Shown here: piece after piece, positions 51,318 through 61,446 of the stretch
How positions within the stretch are numbered: position 1 is the stretch's first letter
Layout of the letters: the number at the start of each line of letters is the position of its first letter
Notes under the pieces: generated by a model
What the model saw: only the letters and a program-made list of their open reading frames with translations
Databases searched by the model: none
What the model was told of the DNA's origin: nothing
Translations under genes and position numbers: made by a program
Assembly: GCF_039654945.1 (NCBI RefSeq)
Contig: NW_027361997.1
Location: forward strand, 2,108,001 to 2,172,000
Direction of reading: 5' to 3'
DNA from: Dendrobates tinctorius
Lineage: Eukaryota
Length of the DNA stretch: 64,000 nucleotides

Positions 51318-51888
51318 GACCCGACCTAACCCCTTTAGTGAACACCATACAAAAGGCATAAAACAATGCTTCATCATTATACCGCTGAACAAAAAGTGGA
51401 ATAACGCGATCAAAAAGACGAATATAAATAAACATGGTACCACTGAAAACGTCATCTTGTCCTCTTGTTGCTCAAACAATCAAAAATGCCCCCTTCCCCC
51501 ATAGAGATTCATTAGTTGATGGGTTTTTGTTCATTCTGCCTCCCAAAAATCGGAATAAAAAGCGATCAAAAAATGTCATGTGCCTGAAAATGGTACCAAT
51601 AAAAATGTCAACTCGTCTCGCAAAAAACAAGACCTCACATGAGTCTGTGGGCCAAAATATGGAAAAATTTTAGCTCTCAACATGTGGTGATGCAATAACA
51701 ATTTTTTGCAATAAAAAGCGTCTTTTAGTGTGTGAACGCAGCTAAACAGAAAATCCCGCTAAAAGACCTCTTTCACACGTCCTGATATTTCCGGTACTGG
51801 AGAGGTCAGTGTCCGTGTGTGTGTAATACTTGCGGCATGCGTGTGCCGCATCAGTACAACGAGGACGAGCGTCAGGGAAGAAGCGTTA

Positions 51889-52545
51889 GGCCGGGGTCAC
51901 AGTAACCGACGCAAAATACGGTCAGTATTTTACATGCGTAATATGGATGAATGGCCCCTAAACAGTGCTCCGTAGGTCATCCGTAATCAAGGTGTGGTCG
52001 CGTATTTTGCGCATGTAAGCATCCTTATGGCGAGATTTTCTCACAGGCTTGCAAAATGGACATATAATGGAGCCCTATGACAGGGTTTATAACAGAAACC
52101 AAAGAATAGANNNNNNNNNNNNNNNNNNNNNNNNNNNNNNNNNNNNNNNNNNNNNNNNNNNNNNNNNNNNNNNNNNNNNNNNNNNNNNNNNNNNNNNNNN
52201 NNNNNNNNNNNNNNNNNNNNNNNNNNNNNNNNNNNNNNNNNNNTTAAAACTGTCAGTGTGAGTTTACTGTATAGCGCACTGAATTGCCGGCTTTGCTAAA
52301 AGACACCTGGTGCGTATTTCTTGCAAGTCACATGTGTGGTCCGTGTGTAAGCTGTATTTTTTCTGCGCACGTATAGACTTGCATTGGCGTACTAAAAAAT
52401 GCTGCGATTGGCACGGAGCGTAGAATACGGATGAGAAATATACGCCTGGTGCGAGGGACCCCATAGAGAATCATTGGTCCGTGTCTAATGCGTGCTTTTA
52501 GCGCCTCTCACTCGGCCGTATTCCTCGCCAGTGTGACCCCCGGCC
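51889..52545. mobile_element. Harbinger copy related to 13156-17976, interior in an assembly gap
   Basis: TTA TSD and TIR GGCCGGGGTCACA / TGTGACCCCCGGCC. Both subterminal regions match 13156-13330 and 17730-17976. Confidence 0.85.
52111..52243. other. Assembly gap (133 N)
   Basis: Run of N. Confidence 1.
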
Positions 52546-53790
52546 TTAAAGTAAGCGCTGTTTCCCGGCGTCGGGTGCTGAACACTCTCGTCATTCTCAC
52601 CTGCTTTGCCGGCGATCGGCACAAGCAGGGGAGTGACTAGAGACGTGTTCAGCACCCGGTGGCGGGGAACAACGCTTACTGTAACGCTTTTTCCCCAGCG
52701 CCGATGCGTGTCACATGGATGACATCGATGTGTGTTGTGTGTGTGCTGGATGTTTTGTGACTCTTGCTGACAGTAAAAAACGGACATGTCCGTGTGTTTT
52801 GCCCACAGCCACCCGGTCCGTAGAAACACACATATGCAAAGACCCATTCACTTGAATTCGAAAGTAGCTCTCCGTTCCTCCCAAGTCTCTCTGCATGGCT
52901 GCCCAATGGTATAAAATTCTGTAACGCACCCTTAATGTCAATATGATCATTTCTCCCCTAGATGAATTCATTGAGAAGTGTAGTTCTTAAAATGGGGTCA
53001 CTTATGGGGGGTTCTGCTGTTTTGGCTCCTGCAAACCATAATGGTAAAATCTGGCGCTCCTTCCCTTCTGAGCTCTGCCATGCGCCCAAACAGTGGTTTA
53101 CCCCCACATGAGGTATCAGCATACTCGGGACAAATTGCACAGCAACTTTTGGGGTCCAATTTCTCCTGTTACCCTTGGGAAAATAAAAAAAAAAAAATTG
53201 GATCTGAGGTAATTTTTTTTTGTGAAAAAAGTTTTCTTTTTTTTTTTGTTAAACATTACAAAAATTCCTGTGAAGCACCTGAAGGGTTAATAAACTTCTT
53301 GAGTGTGGTCTTGAGCACTTTGAGTGGTGCAGTTTTTAGAATGGTGTCACTTTTTGGTATTTTCTTTCATAAAGACCCATCAAAGTGACATCAAATATGA
53401 TGTGGTCCCAAAAAAAAAAAAAACATAAAATTTGAGAAATCGCTGGTCAACTTTTAACCCTTATAACTTCCTAACAAAAAAAAAATTGGTTCCAAAAGTG
53501 TGCTGATGTATAGTAGACATGTGGGAATTATTTATTAACTACTTTGTGTGGTATGACACTGATTTAAGGGCCTAAAAATTAAAATTTGGAAAATTGTGAA
53601 ATTTTTGCTAAATTTCTGTTTTTTTTCTCACAAAATAAACACCAGTCATATCAAAGAAATTTTACTGCTATCATAAAGTACAATATGTCATGAGAAAACA
53701 TTCTCAGAATCAGTGGGATACGTTGAAGCGTTCCAGAGTTATTACCTCATAAAGGGACAGTGGTCAAAATTGTAAAAATTGGCCGGGTCA

Positions 53791-54346
53791 TACCCAAAAA
53801 CCCACTGGTCTGCATACTGGGATATGTGGAGGAAATTGAAATAGTTAATAGTGCAAAGCTTGCTATAGCCAGACTACTATATGTAGCAAAGAAGCTGATT
53901 GCGAGGAACTGGATCAGGAAAGAACCACCTTCTGGGAGAGAGTTTGTGAAACAGGTGTCTTGCATCATCCAGCTGGAGGAAAGGATATATGCTAAAAGAG
54001 GCAATTCTAAAACCTATGAGAGGTTGTGGAATCCCTGGTTACAATACGGTACAGTTAACTCATGGGAGTGTGCTATATTTTACAATGCTAGTGTTGTGGA
54101 TAGACCATTAATACCCGGACATAGGAACATTTCTGTTTTGTATGGTTTGATTGACAATATGGGTAAAAAGGATGACTAATGGTAAATTACAGGTAAGAGA
54201 AATCTTATGGAGAAAAGAGTTATATAAGCTGTCTACATGGGGGGGGGGAACAGGGATGTTCAATTTGTAAATCTATTGTTTGTGGAAGATTTACTGTATA
54301 TTCTGTATTTTGAATTCTAATTAATAAAAATCTATTTGATCAAAAA
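53791..54346 (+). mobile_element. 5'-truncated L1-clade LINE (ORF2 C-terminus, 3' UTR, polyA)
   Basis: 17-bp TSD AAAAATTGGCCGGGTCA (53774-53790, 54347-54363), AKKLIARNW...YERLWNPWL, and AATAAA before the polyA. Confidence 0.9.
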
Positions 54347-54607
54347 AAAAATTGGCCGGGTCAGAAAGGTGAAAACATGCTCGGTCGCGAAGGGGTTAAC
54401 CTGGGGGGGTGTAAAGAGGTTAAAAAGAAAAAACACAGTAATTTGACGTTAAATGGCTTCACCCAACCAGTAACCATGAGTAGAGAAAAAGTTTTGGTGT
54501 TATTCATATTCTCTGGAAAAAGGCCAAGAAAGCAAAAATTCTGCCGTGTTATGCAAACTTTTTTGAGCACATCTGTGTGTGTGTATGTATATGTATGTGT
54601 CTATATA

Positions 54608-56209
54608 CAGCTCTGGCAAAATTAAGAGACAACTGCAAAATTTTCATTTTGTCTGTGTTCTCTCTGTATATTGAGTAACATGTAAATTGAATTTATTCTA
54701 TAAACTACTGACAACATGTCTTCGAATTTCCAAGCACTAAATTTTGTATTTATTTTCAGAAAATTAGAAATGGTCAAAATAACAAAAAAAAATGCAGTGC
54801 TTGCAGACCTCAAATAATGCTAAGAAAACAAATTCATAATCATTTAAAAACAACAATACTAATGTTTTAACTCGGGAAGAGTTCAGAAATCAATATTTTG
54901 TGGAATAACCATGATTTTTAATCTCAGCTTTCATGCATCTTGGCATGCTTTCCACCAGCCTTTCACACTGCTTTTGGATGTCCTTATGCCACTCCTGGTA
55001 CAAAAATTTAAGCCGTTCTTTGTGTGATGGCTTGTGACTATCCACCTTCCTCTTGATTACATTCCAGAGGTTTTCAATGGGGTTCAGGTCTGGAGATTGG
55101 GCTGGCCATGACAGGGATTTGATGTGGTGGTCCTTCATCCACACATTGATTGACCTAGCTGTGTGGCATGGCGCACTGTCCTGCTAGGAAAAACCACTTC
55201 TCAGAGTTGGGGAACATTGCCTGAGCAGAAGGACTCAACTGTTTTTCTAGGATAACCTTGTATGTGGCTTGATTCATACGTCCTTCGCAAAGATTAACCT
55301 GCCAAATTCCAGCCTTGCTGAAGCATCCCCAGATCAGCACCTATCCTCCACCAAATTTCACAGTGGGTGCAAGACACTATGGCTTGTACGCCTCTCCAGG
55401 TCTTCGTCTAACCATTAGATGACCAAGTGTTAGGCAAAGCTGAAAATTAGACTCGTCAGAGAAGATTACCTTAATCCAGTCCTCTATGGCCCAACCCTTA
55501 TGGTCTTTGGTAAACTTCAGCCTGGCTCTCCTTTGCTTCTCATTGATGAAAGGCTTTTTTCTATGTTTACATGACTTGAGCCCTGCTTCTAGGAGCCTGT
55601 TACAAACTGTTCTTGCCGTGCACTTCACCCCAGCTGCCACTTTCCATTCCTTTTGTAGGTCACTTGATGTCATCCTGTGGTTGCTGAGGGATGTTCTAAT
55701 AAGATGACGGTCAGTGGACAGTCATTCTCGCCCTCTGCCAGCTTGTAACTTTGTTGTCCCCAATGTCTGCTGTTCGACCTTGTTGTAATGGACTGTTGTC
55801 TTAGAAATTTTAAGTATGGAGGCAAGATGATGCTTACTGTATCCCTCTGCTAGTAAAGCCAGAACTGAGCCCTTCTTTTCCTCACTCAAGACTTAACTTT
55901 TAACCATGCCAAAGGAGTTGAAAATAAATTTTTTCATTCCTATTACTTTTGGGATATTACTAGCACTTGTTTTGCCATCCAGCTTGGCCTATTGCAAGAG
56001 GATTGTGAACACCACAGCAGGGTTTTTTATACTTTCCTTGATTAAATAAGATTTGGTTCAGGTGATCACCTAATCAGAAGCACATTAAGTAGAATGAGTT
56101 ATATTCTGGTTGGAATTCAACGGACACTGGAATGGAATGGCTGTCAGACATGTAGAGAAGCTGATTTTTATAAAACTGTGCAGTGGTCTCTTAATTTTTG
56201 CCAGAGCTG
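54608..56209 (-). mobile_element. Full-length decayed Tc1 transposon
   Basis: TA TSD and TIR CAGCTCTGGCAAAATTAAGAGAC / GTCTCTTAATTTTTGCCAGAGCTG. Motifs VIFSDESNF and QSPDLNPIENLW, with stops and frameshifts. Confidence 0.93.
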
Positions 56210-56323
56210 TATATATTCATAAATTACTTAAACTGTGGATATGTGTAATAATGAGAAATGACCTAGTAAAAGTATTTAACACGATTTCTGTAATTTAATA
56301 CTATTTACAAAAGATTTTTTGCC

Positions 56324-56368
<45 letters not shown>

Positions 56369-57132
56369 TTAAATCCTGAAGGTTACGTGGGCTCCTTCTA
56401 TGTATCTTTTGCTATCAGGCCCTGAGATTTCTATGTATGCCACTGTTCGGGATTATTGTCCTGCTGCAGAAACAATTTGGTGGCAAGCATCGATTTTTCC
56501 TGATGGTATTGCTGAATAATTGTCTGGGGTTTTCAATGATGATAAAATACAGGCAAATAATTGACAACATTGAAGATTGTGGATGCAGTGGTCGGCAAAA
56601 GAAGCTTTACATTTTGTTAATTGACAAAAATAAACTATTATCACTTGTATTTTTCATGCACTCTTACATTGCAGTATCTTTTCCACATATACCTAAAACT
56701 TGCACAGTAACCTACCGTCTTGTATTTGTAGTATTTAAGGGATTGTCTACAAGTGGGCATCCCCCCTTTTTTTAATAACGTTGATGTCCATTATAAACAC
56801 TGCATCCTTCCATCGAAGACCAACGCTGCTTCTCCTCTAAGCACTGTCTCCATCGTGATCTCATGACATTGTTTGCCACGTGAGTGCATTGCTGTCACGG
56901 TAAAGTTGGACAATGTCCAAAGATCGCTGAGGGACATGATGGTCAAAGCGTGAGGGCAGAACAGGTTTGGGGAAATAAGATATCTTTTTTTAATTTTATC
57001 CTTTCATTTTTTTATTTTGTTAGCATTGAGTTCAACAAATATATGTTTGTGTTTTTTTAAATAGATTTCATCTGAAATCTGGCAAAACTTGACAATACAC
57101 TCCATTATTCCGGTCTGTGAACCTAAGTGGAG

Positions 57133-57210
57133 ATGGACAAGGACAGAAGTCACGTGACTGAAAGCATATTAAAATTTACCTTGGAAATCATATACCTGCT
57201 AACTGGAGAG
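57133..57210 (+). CDS. First coding exon (exon 57065-57210) of an amphibian FAX-type (oocyte/gastrula ZF-like) zinc-finger gene
   Basis: MDKDRSHVTESILKFTLEIIYLLTGE with acceptor TAG at 57062-57064 and donor GAG|GTGAGA in phase 0. LEIIYLLTGE is typical of frog C2H2-ZNF N-termini. Confidence 0.8.
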
Positions 57211-57313
57211 GTGAGATACAAGGAGATGGATCATTTGACATTGTAGATTCTCCTTTCTTAACCCTGGATCACAGATAAGTTGAATATTTAAAGTGATTTC
57301 TTCTTTTGTTTAG

Positions 57314-57502
57314 TATTATGGCCCAACAAAGAAGTCCAGGAAGCATGTGACATCTAGCATTCACAGCAATGTGTCAGGAGGTTGGAGCAGGACCCAGCAT
57401 CTAATCTCGGAGCCCCAGTCTCACTTATCGATGCATGAGAGCAGCAATGATCAGAAGATTCTGGAACTCGCCAACAAAATAATTGAGCTGCTGAGCAGAG
57501 GG
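57314..57502 (+). CDS. Second coding exon of the same zinc-finger gene
   Basis: YYGPTKKSRKHVTSSIHSNVSGGWSRTQH...NDQKILELANKIIELLSRG; 189 nt, phase 0/0, TTTAG acceptor and GTGAGC donor, no stops. The finger exon is not in the window. Confidence 0.8.
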
Positions 57503-57665
57503 GTGAGCGTGACAATTTGTTTTTTCCTATTAGTTGCAGGTATGTTTTGACTCTGCTATCAGTTTAGAAATTAAAACCCCATTTTTATTCTTCCAGATTG
57601 AAATTAACAAAACAAGCCCAAATGGTGGAAAAAAAATAAATAAATAACTAGAAAAAAAACCATTA

Positions 57666-58746
57666 CTGTATATACTCGTGTATAAGATGAGATTTTCAGC
57701 CCATTTCTTTTGGCTGAAAGTCCCCCTCTCGGCTTACACACGAGTCATACACCTGGGAGGGGGAGTGGGGGTGTCACAGATCATACTTACCCCCCCTGGC
57801 TTGGTCTCTGCAGCTGCCCCCCCCCCCGCTTCTCCACGGTCTCCCTTCCTGCCTTCAGCGGTCACGTGGTACCGCTCCATTAAACTTATGAATATGCGCA
57901 TATTCATGAGTAATGAGCGGTATCACTTGACCGCTGAAGGTAGGAAGGGAGACCGTGGAGTAGTGGGGCTGCAGAGACCGCGCCAGGAGGGGGTAAGTAT
58001 AGCGATATTCACCTGTCCGGGCCGGGGTCCATCGCTGCTCACCGCTGTCTGCTGCATCCTGTGTCCGTGATGTTTAGCCAGCAGGTGGTGCGGTGACGTG
58101 ATTAGTGTGCGCCGCGCCCTCTGCTGGCTGACCAATCACTGGCAGAGGACGCGCAGGCAGCTGTGAGCAGCGATGGACCCCGGACAGGTGAATATCTCAG
58201 GTGCTGGGTCCTGAGCAGGAGAGGTGAGCATGGCCTTTTTTTTTTAGCAGCAGCATATGGGTGCATGATATATGGAGCATCTTATGAGGGCATATTCTAT
58301 GGAGCAGCATATGGGGGCATAGTCTATGGGGCAGCATATAAGGGCATATTCTATGGGGTGGCATATGAGGGCAATCTATGGGGCAGCATATGGGGGCAAT
58401 AATCTATGGAGCATCTTATGGCGCCATAACCTTTATTGAGCACTATATGGGGCATTATTAACCTTTGTGCCGCATTATATGGGGTGTATTTTATATGGAG
58501 CATCTTATGGGGCCCATCATGAACTGTATGGAGCACTAATATGGTGCTCCTGATTCAATATGGATATTTAAAAACATTTAACCTACTGATGTCTCAATTT
58601 TACTTTTATTGGTATCTATTCTTAATTTTTGAAATTTACCAGTAGCCGCTGCATTTTCCACCCTAGACTTATACGCGAGTCAATAAGTTTTCCCAGTTTT
58701 TTTGTGGCAAAATTAGGGGGGTCGGCTTATACACGAGTATATACGG
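57666..58746. mobile_element. Non-autonomous Tc1/mariner-superfamily (Tc2/pogo-like) element
   Basis: TA TSD, TIR CTGTATATACTCGTGTATAAG / CTTATACACGAGTATATACGG, internal palindromes and ATGGGGCA repeats. Confidence 0.8.
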
Positions 58747-59724
58747 TAACTAGAAAATGCCAAATTGCATAGTCCATTATAATATTAAACTGTGTTTTGG
58801 GGGGTTTTTCTCGTGAAAAAAAACCCCAGTATTTTCGCTTAAAAAGTTCTATATTAAAATGAATGGTGAAATTCAAAACTACAATCTACTGAAAGCTGGT
58901 AAAATAAAATCCAAGTTTGATGAAAATGGTGACAAAATAATTTTTTTTTGTACAGTATAAATAACCTGTGGGATTCATCAGGGATGTGCGAATATCCAAC
59001 TTATATAGCGTGGTTTGTTTTTTTTGTTTTTCTTTCCTTATGGCGGTACAGTATAGGAGGGCTTATTTTTGTGAGGTGTGCTGAATCATTAATGCCATTT
59101 TGGGGTAGATAGGACTATTTGCTTACCCTTTTGTGGGTGATATTCAAGTGTTTCTCACAAAATTAGAATATCATCACAAAGTTAATTTATTTCAGTTCTT
59201 CAATACAAAAAGTAAAACTCATATAAAATCATTACAAACAGAGTGACCTATTTGAAGTGTTTATTTCTGTTAATGTTGATGATTATGGATTACAACCAAT
59301 GAAAACCCAAAAGTCGTTATCTCAGTAAATTAGAATAACAAAAAACATCTGCAAAGGCTTCCTAAGCGTTTAAAAAGGTCCCTTAGTCTGTTTCAGTAGC
59401 TCCACAATCATGGGGAAGACTGCTGACTTGACAGATGTCCAGAAGGCCGTCATTGACACACTCCACAAGGAGGGTAAACCACAGAAGGTCATTGCTAAAG
59501 AAAATGTCTGTTCACAGAGTGCTGTATCCAAGCATATTAGTGGAAGGAAAAAGTGTGGTAGAAAAAGGTGCACAAGCAACCGGGATAACCGCAGCCTTAA
59601 AAGGATTAAGAAATTGCCATTCAAAAATATGGGGGAGATTCACAAGGAGTGTACTGCTGCTGGAGTCATTGCTTCAAGAGCCACCACACACAGACGTATC
59701 CAGGACATGGGCTAAGTGTCACAT

Positions 59725-60187
59725 TAAAACAAAAAAAGCAACGCGTATATATAATCCACTGATTTCAGGACAATGTATTAGCAAAAGGGGGAAATAGAAC
59801 TTAACTTTGTGGTATGACACTATGTCAGCGGGTGACATTTTTCTTGGGGTGAAAATGGCCCCATGATGCTGGTTCTTACTCCCCTGATGAATCTACATGA
59901 GAGGAAACACGTTGGTAGTAGCGTAACCCCTTCATTCAAAGAATCTGCATCATCACTACATGACCTTACAGTCTCTTATAATACAATATTTGGTAATCTT
60001 GGTTTATTTACTATTGACAAGAACTATATGCTAACTATTGACCACGATTGATAGATCGTGTTTGTGTTTTTTTTTCCGGTGTGGTGCTGCACTAATGTGG
60101 CTGTGTGGCTTTTAAATGAATTTTCTGCTATTTATAATTGTCTAATTAAAAGTTAAGTTTTATTGCAACATTTTGCCAATACCTTTA
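59725..60187 (+). mobile_element. Insertion with a 10-bp TSD, probably a Penelope-like terminal-repeat fragment
   Basis: AAGTGTCACA at 59715-59724 and 60188-60197. Contains a CTGATGA..GAAAC..GTT hammerhead-like motif. Confidence 0.55.
59875..59921 (+). ncRNA. Degenerate minimal type I hammerhead ribozyme motif
   Basis: TTACTCCC-CTGATGA-ATCT.ACATG.AGAG-GAAA-CAC-GTT-GGTAGTAG; the stems are imperfect. Confidence 0.45.
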
Positions 60188-60619
60188 CAAGTGTCACACT
60201 CCTTGTATCAAACCACTCATGACCAATAGATGACACCAGAAGAGTCTTACTTGGGCCAAGGAGAAAAACAACTGGACTGTTGCTCAGAGGTCCAAGGTAT
60301 TTTCATATGAAAGTAAATTTTGCATTTCATTTGAAAATCGAAGTCCCAGAGTCTGGAGGAAGAGTGGAGAGACACAAAATATCCAAGCTGCTGGAGGTCT
60401 AGTGTGAAGTTTCCACAATCGGTGATGGTTTGGGGAACCATGTCATCTGCTGGTGTAGGTCCACTGTGTTTTATCAAGACTAAAATCAGCACAGCCATCT
60501 ACCAGGAAATTTTAGAGCACTTCATGCTTCCCTCTGCCGACAAGCTTTTTGGAGATGGAAATTTAATTCTCCAGCTGGACTTGGCACCTGTCCACCCTGC
60601 CAAAAGTAACAATACCTGG

Positions 60620-60898
60620 TAGTGATGGGCAAGTAGCATCGTTGCTCGGGTGATCTCTGAGTATTTTGGCGTGCTCGGAGATTGTTTTCGTCATCACAGC
60701 TGTATGATTTGCGACTTGTAGACAGGTGGGAATTCCCTAACAAACAGGAATTCTACAGATGTATTCAAGCTGTCTAGCAGTCGCAAATCATGCAGCTTTG
60801 GTGACGAAAACTAAATCTCCAAGTACGCCAAAATACTCGGAGACCACCCGAACATGCTCGGGAAAACCCGAGCAACGAAGTGTACTCGTTCATCACTA
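60620..60898. mobile_element. hAT-type MITE
   Basis: TIR TAGTGATG / CATCACTA and 8-bp TSD ATACCTGG (60612-60619, 60899-60906). Confidence 0.88.
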
Positions 60899-60962
60899 AT
60901 ACCTGGATTACAAACAACAGTATCACTGTGCTTGATTGGCCAGCAAACTCGCCTGACATTAA

Positions 60963-61446
60963 AGGGAATCTGTCACCCTTTTTTTGGCCTTTCACCTGCC
61001 GGCATAGACATCGGGGGATTATCTACAGCATTCTGTAATGCTGTAGATAAGCCTCCGATGTAACCTGAAAGAGAAAAAAAACACGTTATATTATACTCAC
61101 CGAGGTGGGCGGTCCAGTCCGATGGGTGTTGCGGTCCGGTCCGACGCCTCCCTTCTTCATGCGATGACGTCCTCTTCTCCCGTCCTGAAATGGCTCCGGC
61201 GCAGGCGCATTGCTCTGCCCTCTTGAGGGCAGAGCAGAATTCTGCAGTGCGCAGGCGCCAGACCTCTCCCGACGCCTGCGCACTGCAGGACTCTGCTCTG
61301 CCCTCAACAGGGCAGAGCAGTGCGCCTGCGCTGGAGCCATTACAGGACGGGAGAAGAGGACGTCATCGCATGAAGAAGGGAGGTGCCGGACAGGACGATG
61401 ACACCCATCGGGCCGCCCACCTCCATGAGTATAATTAACTAACTAG
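60963..61446. mobile_element. Kolobok/T2-type palindromic MITE (left part; interrupted by DIRS-C)
   Basis: TTAA followed by AGGGAATCTGTCAC, and a strong internal palindrome at 61086-61435. Confidence 0.65.

Larger units (their letters stand above)
49975..54395. mobile_element. Second non-autonomous piggyBac-type element, inverted relative to 42937-46306
   Basis: CCCTTT..GACGTACTAT left end and GAAGGGG-TTAA right end, with reverse-complement similarity to 42937-46306. Contains a solo LTR, Harbinger ends and an L1 fragment. Confidence 0.75.
48456..54575 (-). mobile_element. Decayed Tc1 element hosting MITE and piggyBac-type insertions
   Basis: FQHDNGPKH, QSPDLNIIEPLW and GYKKISK..GRPTKLS on the minus strand. 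The element resumes after ~54420 and ends AAACTTTTTTGAGCACATCTG. Confidence 0.8.
59146..60958 (+). mobile_element. Decayed Tc1 element with nested insertions
   Basis: MGKTADLTDVQKAVIDTLHKEG..., KFPQSVMVWG..., WPANSPD. Interrupted at 59725-60187, 60620-60898 and 60963. Confidence 0.85.
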
